Source: Eledone cirrhosa (lineage: Eukaryota). Taken from it: 64,000 nt of DNA. Where the stretch lies: the NCBI GenBank assembly GCA_964016885.1, contig OZ024743.1, positions 213,032,001 to 213,096,000 on the forward strand. The letters are read 5' to 3'. A program made the position numbers and the translations under genes. Below, one piece after another: positions 1-12,800 of the stretch. The notes beneath the pieces were generated by a model. The model was not told where the DNA came from. It searched no databases and worked only from the letters and a program-made list of their open reading frames with translations. Numbering within the stretch: position 1 is the stretch's first letter; every line of letters starts with the position of its first letter.

Positions 1-39
1 ATAGGTAATTGGAAAGTTAGAAATATGGTAATGAAGGGT

Positions 40-280
40 TAAGTAATCATATTGATGGCTTCCCCACAGCCCCGGCAGACAGAATGGAGAAGGCGTTTCC
101 CCAGAGGATGGTAAGGGAGATGCGCTGGAAGAGCCATTCCAACTCGCGAGGTTCACACCTGCGGCTGGACAGCTCAGCGCCTATGGTGGTGATTAGGGAG
201 GTAGCCAGAGGGCCAAGGACACCAGAAATCTCCACTGCCAAGGGTACGACCGCAAACCTGTCGAAGAGCGACCGGTTGAA
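40..280 (-). mobile_element. 3' fragment of a CRE-like (RLE-type) non-LTR retrotransposon
   Basis: The minus frame reads AVEISGVLGPLATSLITTIG...PRELEWLFQRISLTILWGNAFSIL. This matches the C-terminal AVET.G..GP...LFQR.S.A..RGNA motif of CRE-clade RLE proteins. Confidence 0.7.
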
Positions 281-349
281 AGACAGAAAGATAAATAGAT
301 AGACATACAGACATATAGATAGACAAAATAGCTAGATAGCTAGACAGAT

Positions 350-420
350 AGATATCTTTCCTTTTGCCACAAGGGCGCACAAGGGACATCACAAGACGTC
401 ACGGCGGGGGTTTTACATAA
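350..420 (-). mobile_element. Very short Tx1-type LINE 3' end in a (GATA/TATC)n tract
   Basis: The reverse complement reads GCCCTTGTGGCAAAAGGAAAG-ATATCTATC. The same terminal motif closes the Tx1 copies at 8641, 9844 and 36481. Confidence 0.55.
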
Positions 421-489
421 AAATCGTATAAACATTAATGTATAACAATAAACTATATTCAGGCAAAAAGACAGACAGGCATTTTGTTT

Positions 490-650
490 TAGAAATAAAA
501 TTGTTTTCTTGGCTCAAAGCAAATATTTTTGAGGAAGAAACAATCAATTAGATCGGTGTCTAAAACTTGGTTGCGTGTTATTTTATCGATCGAGGAAAGA
601 CGAAAGTCAATGTGACGGGATTTGAACTAAGAACTTAACGTAATAAAAAC
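490..650 (-). mobile_element. tRNA-derived SINE (degenerate), interrupted by a mariner MITE
   Basis: TTATTTTATCGA...GAAAG..AAGTCAA...GGGATTTGAACT matches the SINE family at 18345-18720. The remaining head lies at about 1030-1055. Confidence 0.6.
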
Positions 651-1028
651 ACGAGCGTTGGTTGAAAACTTCATAGGCTGACTATAAAGGAGTGATGTTA
701 GAGCTGTGAAATTTTGCATACATTAATTTCAACTCTTCTTATTAATAACTGCATTGTTTCTTTCCAGGGACTATGGCTGAAAAATAAACCTCATTTGTTT
801 ATTCCATGAGAGTATCTTGATCAGCCTATGAATTTTTCAGCCTATGAACTTTTCAGCCTGTGAACCTTTCAACCTATGAACTTTCCAGCCTATGAACTTT
901 CCAGACTGTGAACTTTCCAGCCTTTAAACTTTTCGGCCGACGAATCTTTCAGCCTATGAACCTTTCAGCCTGTGTACTGCTCAGTCTATGAACTTTCCAG
1001 CCTATGGACTTTCCAGCGGACTATTGTA
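651..1028. mobile_element. Mariner-type MITE whose right TIR is tandemly amplified (16-bp unit, about 12 copies, 822-1017)
   Basis: The left end is ACGAGCGTTGGTTGAAAACTTCATAGGCTGAC. The repeat unit CAGCCTATGAACTTTT is the reverse complement of the inner part of that TIR. Confidence 0.65.
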
Positions 1029-1150
1029 TATATGCTCTACCGAATCTACTAATGTAGCTTCTCTTTTTAAAAAACAAAATTATTGAAAAATGTTTTTTAA
1101 AAAAAAAATAGAATAAACAAAAAAATATTAGTGACAACAGTCAAACTTAC

Positions 1151-1243
1151 TAGATGTCTCTTCATTTTCTTGAGGTACATCAACAATCTTGAGTTTATGC
1201 TTCATCTTAGTGTAGAGGTGTCACTGAGAATGTTTCTGTCCAC
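1151..1243 (-). other. Candidate host-gene exon carrying a start codon (MKHKLKIVDVPQENEETS...)
   Basis: On the minus strand, a pyrimidine-rich TTTTCATTGATGTATCAG acceptor and a GTAAGT donor flank unique sequence. The ATG at 1205 has an upstream in-frame stop. No homology was recognised. Confidence 0.3.
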
Positions 1244-1370
1244 CTGATACATCAATGAAAATAAAGTATAACGGAGTATAATAATGTAATCACTAAAAGA
1301 CAATCCTATACTACATTCTGGAAAGACTGAAAAAATAAAGGAGGAAATATGAATAAGAATATGAAAATCT

Positions 1371-1585
1371 AGTAGTAGAAGTAGTAGTAATAGTAGTAGT
1401 AGTGGTGGTGGTAATGGTAGTGGTGGTAGTAGTAGTGGTGATGGTGGTGGTGGTCGCTGTGGTGGTAGTAGTAATAGTAGTAGTGGTAGTAGTAGTAGTA
1501 GTAGTGGTGGCTGTGGTGGAAGTAGTAGTGGTGGTGGTAGTAGTGGTGGTGATGGTAGTAGTGGTGGTAGTAGAAGTAGTAGTAA

Positions 1586-1619
<34 letters not shown>

Positions 1620-1678
1620 GGTAGTAGTAATGGTGGTGGTGGTGGTAGAAGTAGTAGTAATAGTAGTAGTAGTAGTAA

Positions 1679-1736
<58 letters not shown>

Positions 1737-2003
1737 GGTAGTAGTAATGGTGGTGGTGGTGGTGGTAGAAGTAGTAGTAATAGTTGTAATAATAGTAGTA
1801 GTAGTAGTAATAGTAGTAGTAGTAGTGGTGGTGGTGGTAGTAGTAATGGTGGTGGTGGTCGTAGAAGTAGTAGTAATAGTAGTAATAGTAGTAATAGTAG
1901 TGGTTGGTGGTGCTAGTAGTAGTAATAGTAGTAGTGGTGGTGGTGGTAGTAGTAATGGTGGTGGTGGTGGTAGAAGTAGCAGTAATAGTAGTAATAGTAG
2001 TAA

Positions 2004-2040
<37 letters not shown>

Positions 2041-2137
2041 GGTAGTAGTAGTAATATTAGTAGTAGTAGTGGTGGTGGTTGTAGTAGTAGTAGTGGTAGT
2101 AGTACTAGTAGTAGTAGTGGTAGTAGTAATACTAGTA

Positions 2138-2172
<35 letters not shown>
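1371..2172. repeat. Compound (AGT/GGT/AAT)n trinucleotide microsatellite, about 800 bp
   Basis: Seen directly. It generates the spurious poly-V/T/S ORFs. Confidence 0.95.
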
Positions 2173-2173
<1 letters not shown>

Positions 2174-2324
2174 TGGGTGTCAATGAGAGTATTAAAGAGT
2201 AATATAGTTCACAATATGGTGAAACGTAAATAATCCATAGAAATAATTCCATAGAAATAATGAACAATGAGAATACTCATTGTTTATACACACACATACA
2301 CACACGTACACACACGTACACACA

Positions 2325-2436
<112 letters not shown>

Positions 2437-2580
2437 CATGTAAGTACATGCACATACACTCACAAATCCACTTATTTGACTACTATTGTAATATAATTAA
2501 CGTCATTCGAAGAATGCATATACATTCGCGCGCATACACACATACATATACATACTTGTACGCACATACATACGCATGTG

Positions 2581-2765
2581 AGTCCCAGGTTCAATTGGGG
2601 TTAACCACAGTAAGGTACTCAATACATTAGTAGAGTGTATACAACAACATTGATAGAAATGGCTTCTACAGGACTAGAACTGTTTCATTCTAAGGAAATC
2701 ATCAGGAAAGCCCTGATAATTTCCTTCAAATGAAAAAGATCTAGTCCTGTAGAAGCCATTTCTAT
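2581..2765 (-). mobile_element. Short fold-back PLE-derived element (family A; relatives at 20375-20493, 33038-33155, 54837-54955)
   Basis: Inverted arms ATAGAAATGGCTTCTACAGGACTAGA / TCTAGTCCTGTAGAAGCCATTTCTAT, plus an unpaired tail at 2581-2652. Confidence 0.7.
2661..2712 (-). ncRNA. Type I hammerhead ribozyme motif
   Basis: Reverse complement: GGCTTTC CTGATGA TTTC-CTTA-GAAT GAAA CAG-TTCTAGTC-CTG TA GAAGCC. Stem I is GGCT(T)TC/GAAGCC and the site is GUA. Confidence 0.6.
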
Positions 2766-2796
2766 ATTAAATTTTGTTTTACACACACACAGACGC

Positions 2797-2875
<79 letters not shown>

Positions 2876-2879
2876 AATG

Positions 2880-3155
2880 GAGCTTGATCGGTTTCGACGA
2901 TGAGTCCTCTAGTTGTTCAGCCAATGGAACGAACTCGAAAAATTATCATTTCATAGATAGGTATGCCCTTAACGTAATTCTCAGGGAATTTCAGCGCAAT
3001 ACAATTACAGGTACAATGGATCCGACTGGGTTCCAAACAGTTTTGCTCTACACAAGGTTTGGGCTTAATCGAAGCTAGAGTAAATTACACTGGTTCAGGG
3101 TGCCAAGCAACGGAATCGTGCACGGAACCTTGGGATTGGAAAGCGAACTTCTAAA
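2880..3155 (-). mobile_element. Degenerate tRNA-SINE of a second family (also 20200-20345, 43981-44215)
   Basis: GGTGCCAAGCAACGGAATCG..CACGGAACCTTGGGATTGGAAAGCGAACTTCTA is an antisense tRNA-like head followed by a SINE body. Confidence 0.5.
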
Positions 3156-3231
3156 ATATGATTTGTCCAGTTTCACTCACACACACATACTAGCATACAT
3201 CCATCCATTCATCCATTCATTCATTCATATA

Positions 3232-3460
3232 TACATACATGATGGCTGTCCCCTCGTTATCGAGTATGGCCATTGCACGATATAACATTATTAATTAATG
3301 CTATCGATATAACATTATCAATTAATGCTATCGTGCAATAGCTGTACGTGAAGATTTTTTTTAAAGTGAGGAAAGACTGTGCACTGAGTCAATCCCACTC
3401 TCTGAGCGACAGTAGCTATAACCCGAACAGAAGAAAAGATCAACATCATCGGTAACTAAG
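3232..3460 (-). mobile_element. Diverged copy of the internally deleted RTE derivative at 55090-56349
   Basis: The reverse complement has GATGATGTTGA..., GAGAGTGGGATTGACTCAGTGCA... and a 3' end TGGCCATACTCGATAACGAGGGGACAGCCATC(ATGT)n, matching 55375-55700. Confidence 0.65.
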
Positions 3461-3719
3461 GAGGTGGCCAAGAGGAGAAGAAGAAGAAGTAAAGAAAAAC
3501 AAGGAAATTAGATCTGAAAATAACAATATGCCCGACAATTCAAAGGTTAAAAAAGGATGTCACGCACATACAAATGGACAGCTAGTCAAAGCAAATATAT
3601 TAACTTTATATATAAAACTGATATTTTACATCTTAACTGGAGATTTCTTTTTATGTTATAAAAAAGATCTTTTATTTCTAGGATAAAATTACATAAAAAT
3701 AATAAAGAATTAAAAATTT

Positions 3720-4330
3720 AGTCAAACTTACAGAATGGAGTTTTACTGAAGTATCTCGGGGCCGTGTTCACGAGTGATGGAAGGTAGGGGGCTGAATTAA
3801 GTGCAAGAATTGCAAGAGCTGGTGCACTAATGTGCCAGCTTTAACATTCAGTAATCAGAAGAAGGGAGGTAGGCGTAAAAGCCAAACACATTATCCTCAA
3901 TTCGGTATTCGTGCCAACCCTTACCTATGGTCATCAATCTTGGGTGATGACCGAAAGAATAGAATCACGAATACAAGCGGCCGAAATGGGATTCCTCTGA
4001 AGGGTCTTTGGAGTAACGTTACTCGATAGAGTGCGTAGCTCGGAGACCAGAGAGTCACTTCAGGTAAAGCCGCTACTTCTCCGAATTGAGAGATCACAGC
4101 TCCAACACTATGGCTATGTGGTTAGAATGTCTCAGAAAAGAATCGCTGGACAGATTTTATAGGCAAAAACCAACTGACAAAAGACCCAGGGGTTGACCCC
4201 AAACAAGATGGTTGGATAATATCCATGAGCTAGGCTGGTTTCTCTTGGGGATCCAGTTGGAGGCGGTTGCTTCTGACAGGATCCACTGGAGGAAGTGTTT
4301 GAGGACTCTACCCCCCGCTACCCTCTCAAA

Positions 4331-4390
<60 letters not shown>
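3720..4390 (+). mobile_element. RTE-clade LINE 3' fragment (Rex3/Expander-like) with (TAA)n tail
   Basis: A disrupted frame reads KYLGAVFTSDGR...FVPTLTYGHQSWVMTERIESRIQAAEMGFL*RV...RSQLQHYGYVVRM...KRPRG*PQTRWLD. Confidence 0.85.
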
Positions 4391-4391
<1 letters not shown>

Positions 4392-4432
4392 CTGTGTCTA
4401 TTATTAGGTACAGTGCGGGAATTCTGAGATGG
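4391..4432 (+). mobile_element. 42-bp remnant of a Dong/R4 copy
   Basis: Identical to 7394-7435 of the neighbouring Dong/R4 element. Confidence 0.85.
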
Positions 4433-5875
4433 TGGTGGTGTTGGTTTTGCTACTGTTGCTGGGGTTGTTGCTGTTATAGTTGCTTCTGTTGTTGCTGCTA
4501 CAGTTGTTGCTGCCATCTCTGCTACTGGTGGTGTTGATGGTTGTGTCACTGGGGTGGGTAGGAGAGGTGGCCTCAACCTTTTAGCCTGAGGGCAGAAAGC
4601 CCTTAGGTGGGTTCCTTCACCACAAACGACACACCTAGGTCTTCTGCCCTCGACAATTACCGTGAGGTGGCTGCCGTCAGTGAGGTCTATTACCTCTGGG
4701 ATCTCCTCAATGCTTTTTTGGTCCGCTTGGATCAGGAGCTCCATCCCAGATCCGGACCAGTTCTCCTGCTTTTCTTTTGCTATTGCTATTATTTTTGTGT
4801 TGGCTTCGATGCCGGCGAGGACGGCCGCTATTAGCCAGGGAATTTCGATGGCCGGTGGAACGTGGGTCACCCTGATCTTTACGAGTCTCTGGCCACAATA
4901 GCTTGGGACGAGTGTCAAGTCGTCACTTCTTAATGGGGCCATGGAGTGTTCTCTAGCCTCCTCTGGTGTTTCAAAGAACACGTCCACGGTTCCATACTTC
5001 TGCCCACGTCTGATGTGGGTTTTTCTTGCCCACACATGTCCCAAAGCTTTTTGGATTTGGGACTCGGATGCCCGTTCCACTCGGCGCGATTTTACATTTA
5101 TTGTTCGATACGACACGGTGCATAGGCGCCGATGCTCCACTTTATTAGGTGGGGGGTGGGTGTGTGAGGCTGACCCTGTACCCATCTTTCTTTACCATTT
5201 ATTTGGCATTTTCTAAATCCTCCTGAGTTACCGTAAATGCTTCGAACTGTTTTGCTACTCTGGCGAAACTGAGGGTCGTTTTTATAATGTCATTGTTGTT
5301 GTTGTTGTTATCGTTATTTGTGTTAATATTAATTTTAGTTTCAGTTGTGGTGCTGGTGACGTCAGTCGTCTTTGGTGGGGAAGAGTCCATTTTGCTTGAT
5401 TTCATTTCGACATCACGAGTTAATTTATTTTTTTCTTCTTTTGTTTCTGTTGTCGCGGTGGTGGTGGTGGTGGAGGCTTTAACACCTGCAGTCATTGGTA
5501 ATGGCGGGAAATGAATGTCTGCCTGAGACAAATTTAAAATATTGCTACTGCTTATATTTTTTTTTGTGTTGGCAAACGTAGTAACATTTACAATGGTGGT
5601 GTCGGTGTGAGGTGTTAATTTGTGAGGAAGGCTTTCAGCTGCTTGGTGCAGAGGTGAATTAGCCATTTTTTTTCAAAGAAATTTTTTGATAATAATAGAA
5701 GTTTAAATTTTGGGCACAAGGCCCCAATCTTTTTGGGTGTCCTTTTCGGAAAACAATGTATGTGCGCTTATATATGGTTAACAATACAAATTTTCCATAA
5801 ATGGCAATTTTTAACAAACGGAAATAACAAACCTTTGCGGAGCTCACGATGATACGATTTACTACGTAGGTCGCC
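4431..5875 (-). mobile_element. L1/Tx1-type LINE, 5' part only (5'UTR plus disrupted ORF1 with CX2CX4HX4C knuckle)
   Basis: ORFs 5666-5199 and 5185-4431 contain RRPRCVVCGEGTHLRAFCP and are homologous to ORF1 at 13542-15541. Confidence 0.85.
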
Positions 5876-5899
5876 AATAATAATAATAATAATAATAAT

Positions 5900-8552
5900 T
5901 GGAAAGCTTGAGTCCCTACTGAATGGGACACTAAAAAACATAGACACTAAAAATAGACTGGAAATAAAGTACAAAACTAGGAGGAAAAAGCTAAATATTA
6001 TCATAGAGGAACTGAAGCAACGCATTGTAGCAAAGAGTGCAAAAATCAGGCGATACGAGAACAGAGTCAGTCAGTATAGACAGAACCGCATGTTCGACAA
6101 CAACCAGAAGATGCTGTTTGGACAGCTTGAGGGGAAAGAAAGAGGCAACGGCTTGATCCCTGAGGCGGAACAAACTAAAACATTCTGGAGAGGAATATGG
6201 GAGCAGGATGTTAAACATAATGACCAGGCAGTGTGGATTGAGACAGTACAGAAGGAGATTAGTGAACAGGCACACCAACAAACTGATTTGAGTATCACAG
6301 TTGAAACCCTAAGGGGCAGGCCAAAAAACTAACCAACTAGAAATCACCAGGCCCAGATGGTGTGCAGGGGTATTGGATTAAAAATATAACATCCCTCCAC
6401 CCGAAACTGACAACCATGTTCAATGACTGCTTGATGTCAGGTGAGGTACCAGAGTGGTTGACAAAAGGTATCACAGTTCTGATGATGAAAGACCGAATCA
6501 AGGGTAATGATGCTACCAACTATAGACCTATCACATGTCTGTCCGTAATGTTGAAACTGTTGACAAGCATTATGTCTGAGGAAATCTACCATCACCTCCA
6601 CACAAACAACTTGTTACCGGACGAACAGAAAGGATGCCGAAAGAAGTCACGTGGTACAAAGGACCAGTTGCTTATTGATAAGATGGTAATGAGGAATTGC
6701 AAGAGGAGACACACTGGTCTTGCCATGGGATGGATAGACTACAAAAAGGCATTTGACATGGTGCCTCATTCTTGGATCACCAAAAGCCTGGAGATCTTCA
6801 ATTTGGCAGATAACATCAGACAGTTGTTGGGCAAAAGTATGAAGTCCTGGGAAACAGAGTTAACATCAACTGGAGAATCCTTGGGAAGCGTGAAGATCAA
6901 GAGAGGTATCTTCCAGGGTGATAGTCTGTCCCCTCTGTTGTTTGTCCTTGCCCTGATGCCCCTGACCAGTGTACTGCGAAAAGTGAGAGCAGGATACAGG
7001 TTGGGAAAGAGAGGGCTTACCATCAATCACCTCCTCTTCATGGACGATCTTAAGCTCTTAGGGAAGAGTGAGAAGGAGTTGGATGTGCTTGTTGACACTG
7101 TCCGTATTTTCAGCAATGATATATGTATGCAATTTGGTATTAGTAAGTGTGGAGTCATTGTGATGAGGAGGGGTAAGTTGAGCAGAAGTAACGGAATCCA
7201 GGTACCAACAGGTGAGATGATAAAGGAAATTGACTCTGAAGAAGGATACAAGTATTTAGGCGTTCTGGGGGCTGATGACATCAAGAACAAAAAAATGAAG
7301 GAATTGATAAGAACTGAATACATTCGGAGAGTAAGGAGCGTATTAAAGTCACATCTGAACAGTAGGAATGCCATAAGTGCAGTAAATTCCCGAGCTGTGT
7401 CTATTATTAGGTACAGTGCGGGAATTCTGAGATGGAATGTTGCTGAACAAAAAGAAATGGATAGGAAGACTAGGAAGCTATTGACTATCTACAACATGTT
7501 CCACAAGAGGAGTGATGTCGATAGACTCTACTTAAGGAGTTCTGAAGGTGGAAGAGGTCTTATCAGCATAGAGGACTGTGTTCAGATGGAGAAAAACAAC
7601 CTACACAAATACCTGACTGATAGTAAGGAGCCAATGCTCAGAACTGTACTGAAGGAGGGGACAATAGGCCAGGGGATGTCCAAGGAGGAAATAACATCAA
7701 GGAGAAAGAGCAGCCTTCAGGAAAAATCCTTTCATAGTACCTTCTTTGAGAAAACTGAATTTAGAGATCCACAGACATGGAACTGGTTGAAAAGAGGAGA
7801 CCTTAAAAAGGCTACAGAAGGAATGTTAATGGCTGCGCAGGAGCAGGCCCTCAAAACGAAGTGGTTGAAACACCATATTTACAAGGAGGAGGCTAGCCTA
7901 CTGTGCAGGATCTGTGGAGAGAGAGAGGAGACTGTGGCTCACATTGTATCCGAGTGTAAACACCTAGCCCAGACTCACTATAAGGGCTGGGGACATGATG
8001 TGATGGGCAGGGTGATCCACTGGCACCTATGCAAAGTAAACAATTTACCACATTCTGAGAAGTGGTATGAGCATAAGCCAGAGGCGGTGATAGAAAACGA
8101 TCAGGTGAAGGTGCTGTGGGATTTTAGGATACAGACGGACAAGAAACTTGAACACAATAGACCTGACCTGGTGGTTGTGGATAAAAGAAAAAAGATCGTG
8201 CCTGATTGTGGATGTGGCCTGCCCATTCGACACGAGAGTGCAAGAGAAGGAGAAGGAGAAAATTAACCGATACCAGGACTTAAAGTGGGAGGTAAAAAGG
8301 ATTTGGAACTGCCATGAAGTCAAAGTGATCCGATTGTCATAGGCGCACTGGGGACTATCTCAAAGAGTTTCAAAGGATGGTTAAAGAAAATTGGCCCCTT
8401 CACGCTTTTTGGAACGCTTCAAAAGGCATGCTTGCTGGGAACAGCAAGAACTCTCCGACACGTCCTGAATATCTGAGGCTGCAGGTAGTGGCTTGATATT
8501 CATTTCAACAAACTTTCCAGTTAACTAACATCAATGACTGAGACTCAAAGAG
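5900..8552 (+). mobile_element. R4/Dong-clade non-LTR retrotransposon, 5'-truncated (RT, CCHC finger, restriction-like endonuclease), flanked by (TAA)n
   Basis: ORF 6362-8266 and shifted frames contain NYRPITCL, GIFQGDSLSPLLF, LFMDDLKL, CRICG..ETVAHIVSEC and RPDLVVVDK..CLIVDVACPFD..KEKEKINRYQDL. Frameshifts lie near 6330, 8190 and 8330. Confidence 0.9.
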
Positions 8553-8559
8553 TAATAAC

Positions 8560-8640
<81 letters not shown>

Positions 8641-8641
<1 letters not shown>

Positions 8642-9799
8642 TTTTCTTTATTAACCACAAGGGTTCACATAAAGTAGACATTAAGGACAGTACAGGACAA
8701 TACAGGACAATACAGGACGGTACAAATGGGCATTTCTGCGTGTAAAAAAACAGAGGTTGAAATAAAATAACAAAGAAAAATTCCCCAAAAGGGGGGAGAC
8801 TTCCAAGGGACATTTGTGGAGAAAGCCCATTAAAAGACCACAGTGGCCCTGACCACCAGGGCAAGTGCCCTCTCCCAGTTTTCCACCTTTAATTTACAGA
8901 CACATACTCAGAGAAGGCCCATTCATTCGGGCCATACTTGCTTCTCTCACCCATCTTTCAACAAAATGCTGGGAAGAGAGCACTTCCCTCTCTACCCTGA
9001 TTTTCCTTTTCAAATGAAATTTGAAAAAGTTAATCAGGGCATCACCGAAGAGGTAAGTGCTCGTCTTCAGCCCTTTCAAACGTGTCCACCATACTATCTC
9101 TTTCGCCATGGCCACCAGACAGATAAAAACTGCCTGCCCTTCCAGGCTAAAGGAAGGGGGCGGGGCAATCCTCACGATGGATTCAGCTGATAGCTGGATC
9201 CGTCCTACACGTGACAGCAGGTGTTCGACATAAACCCACAAGTCAGCAATGCTCGGACACTGGACGAGTGCGTGCAGGACGGTTTCGTCGCCCTGCGCGC
9301 ATCTCGGACATGCCCGGCTGACGGCACCTCCATGCCTGTAGAGTTTATCCCGAACTGGCAAAGCTCCTCGGTAGCACTGCCAGGCCAGGGATTTCTGGAA
9401 GTTGTCCATAGGCCCCGGCCCGAAAGTCCTTCCGAAGAGATTGGCTAGTTGATTTTCGTCGACGCCTAGAGTTTCTCCAAGTACGTTGTCGCTCTTCCCC
9501 TCCACTAATCCCCTATAGAACGCCAAGGTGGAGTTTCCACCGATCACATTGCCCGATTGGTCGAGGGCTGTGAGCGCCTGAAGACATTCCAGTCTCCAAG
9601 CGCTCCCTCTCGGTCTTCGCTTGACCCAGGACTGCAGCTCCGTCAAGGAGACGAGCTGGGGAAAAACGTGTCTTGCAAACGGCGACCACACCTGATCACC
9701 GTCGAGGAAGAGGTGGAGATGTCGTAGCCTGAGCGCGTGTCTGCGCATCATCAGCCACGGCATGCCCAGCCCTCCACGTAGCGGGTGTTGACAGCAGAT
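8641..9799 (-). mobile_element. Tx1-type LINE, 5'-truncated (ORF2 C-terminus with CCHC finger, plus 3'UTR)
   Basis: ORF 8894-9763 contains CPRC..DETVLHALVQC and is homologous to 10122-10980. It is flanked by (TAA)n. Confidence 0.9.
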
Positions 9800-9843
9800 A
9801 ATAATAATAATAATAACACGAGAGTGTTAATAATAATAAAAAT

Positions 9844-12800
9844 GATTTCATTTATTAGCCACAAGGGCCGACATGTAGGGGACAATACAAAGACAGGGAC
9901 AGTGGGGGTTTACAATAAGGTCGAGTAAAAGTGCACAATGGCAAGACTAATTTAACAATGAAAATATAAGAATATAAAATAAACTAAGCATAAATATAAC
10001 AAAATAAATTCCCCGATAGGGGGTGGACGACCCTGGGGTGATTCGGGTACCCCACCAATCCTGAACCACCCTGCGCTTCTAGGGCACCCAGGAGAGCACA
10101 CCTCTCCTCAGGTTAGCCAGCCTATAGGCGCATGGTCAGAGTAGGCCCATTCACACGAGCCATTCTCGCCACATTCACCCACCTTTTAGCAAATGTACTG
10201 GGGGGCAGCACTTCTCTCTCCACCCTCACCCTCCTTTCCAGGTGAAACTTGAAGAAGTTGATGAGGGATTGGCCGAAGAGAAAAGTGTCTGTCTTTAGTC
10301 CTTTCCACCTGGTCCACCATATAATCTCTTTCGCAACTGCCACCAGACAGGAAAATGTCCTGCTCTTCCTGACCTAAGGAAGGTGGCGGCTCGATCTTCA
10401 CTATGGACTCGGCCGATAGCCGGATTCGTTCCACACGCGACAGTAGCTGTTCGACATAACTCCACAAGTCAGTAATGCACGGACATTGGACAAGTGCGTG
10501 CAGAACGGTTTCGTCGTTCTGTGCGCATCTTGGGCAGGTCCGTCTGATAGCACTTCCGTGCCTGTAGAGTTTATCCCGAACTGGCAGTGCCCCCCGGTAG
10601 CACTGCCAAGCGAGGGATTTCTGGAAATTGTCCATCGTCCCCGGCTCTAAAGTCCTCCGGTACAGACTGGTCAGTTCGACTTCGTCGAGGCCCAAAGCTT
10701 CTCCGAGTGCGTCATCGCACTTGCCCACCACTAATCCTATATAGAACTCGAGAGTGGAAGTTCCACTGATCGCATTGCCCGCTTGGTAGAGGGCAGTGAG
10801 TGCCTGGCAACATTCCAGGTGCCAGTCACCCAGTCTCGGTCTCTTATTGACCCAGGACTGCAGCTCAGTCAAAGAAATGAGCTGCGGAAAGGCCCGTCTG
10901 ATAAACGGCTACCACACCTCTTCACCATTGAGGAGAGAATATCGGGAGATGTCGCAGCCTCAACGCATGTCTGCGCATCATTAGCCACGGCATGCCCATC
11001 CCTCCGCGTAGAGGGTGCTGGCAGCAGATGGACCGCCTCACCAACGGGACTTGTCCCCTCCACAAGAATTTGAAGAGGAGCCGTTCCAACTTGACGAGGC
11101 GCGGACGGGGGCAAGGCACGACGGTTAGGCGGTAGTAGATGACGGACGCGATGTACGCATTCGCCACCTCCGCGCGACCTTTTAGTGATAGCTTCCTCCC
11201 AGCCCATTTTTGGCTACTCTGCTCGTTACCTCGTCCCAATTCTTTTCCACCTGGAGGTCTGGTCCGAACCAAACCCCGAGCAACTTTACTGGTCCATCCG
11301 TCCAGCGCCCCACGACGCTGTTGGACGACATGGGCCTGCCTCTCCAGGTTCCGAGCTGCAAGCCCACCGACTTTTCCGGGTTAAGTTTGGCTCCTGTCAA
11401 CCTTTCATATTCCTTCAATAAGGTGCCGACCACCTCGATTTCTGAGGTGTTCGACACCATCACGGTGATGTCGTCCGCATAAGCCGACACCGCCTTTCCA
11501 CGTCCCGGTTCGAGCGGGATGCCTTGCAACAGCTCTAGCTTCCGCAGTAAAGGGTCGAGAGTCAATACGTACAGAAGGGAAGAGAGAGGGCACCCTTGAC
11601 GGACCGATCGGGAGAGCCGAAATGGTTCCGAGAGGTGGCCATTAACCTTGACCACCGAGCGTGTGCTGCTGTGCATTGCAACGATCCAGCTTCTAAAGAC
11701 AGGGCCGAAGCCAGCTGCTTTGAGGACAAACTCCAGATACCGATGGTCGACCCTATCGAATGCTTTCGATTGATCTAAATTGATCAGTGCCCCACCGAAG
11801 CCAGGTTTACACCCTACCCTCTCTATGAAGTATCGCATGAGGTGGAGATTGTCGTGTATGGACCTGGCTGGGATTGCGCAAGTTTGCGCCTCCCCAACCA
11901 AATCCTCGACGACAAGCGCCAATCTCTTTGCTAACACCTTGGCCAAAATCTTAAACTCTGTGTTGAGCAGAGTTATGGGCCTGAACTTGTCTAATGTATC
12001 CCTCTTGTTCTCGTCTTTCCTTATCAGCGTCACCACTCCCCTGCTCACAGAACTGGGAATACTCCCATTCTGCTGCCAGTTACAGTAGAGTGCTTCGAGG
12101 AGTTCGGAGAACAAGTCTGGCATATTTACGTAAAGCTCGTAGGGCAGGCCATCCAAACCGGGTGACTTGCGCCTCATGCAGCCGACAAGGGCGTCCTGAA
12201 TTTCGGCTGAAGTAATCGGGCTTTCGCAGCGCTCAGCGTCGACCGTCGAGATGCGCGGCAAGCCGTCAAGGTAGGGACTGAAATCCGCTACTCTCTCTGA
12301 CTCGCCACTCTCCCTGAACAACCGAGCAAAGTGCTGGCGAAAGGCCTCACACATCCGCTTGGAATCGCTTATCTCGTGTCCGTCTCGGTCCGCCAAAGAC
12401 CGAATTGTGGTTTTATTACCACGCTGCGCCTCCGCCACGCGGGCCCATCGAACAGCTTTAGTTCCCTCGTTTCTCAGCGCACGCGCCTTAGCTCTGACAA
12501 TGCAACCTTCGTGTTTGGCATTGAAGAAATTGTCTAATGCCATTCTCGCCGCTAGCACGTCAGTTGCGATGCCACTACAAATAGCCTCGTCTAACTTATC
12601 TACCAGCTCCCCCTCCTTTCTATTTTTCTCTAACGCTAGTTCTTTGCTGAACTCTATCGAAGTTACTCTAATCTCTCTTTTGAGAGCCCCCCACCATCTG
12701 TTGTTGATGATCCCCCCTGTCAACTTTTCCTTAACTAACTTGTTGACTCGGTCCCTGTAAGCCTTACGTGCCGGAAATGACATGTTCAGCTTCCAGTAAC

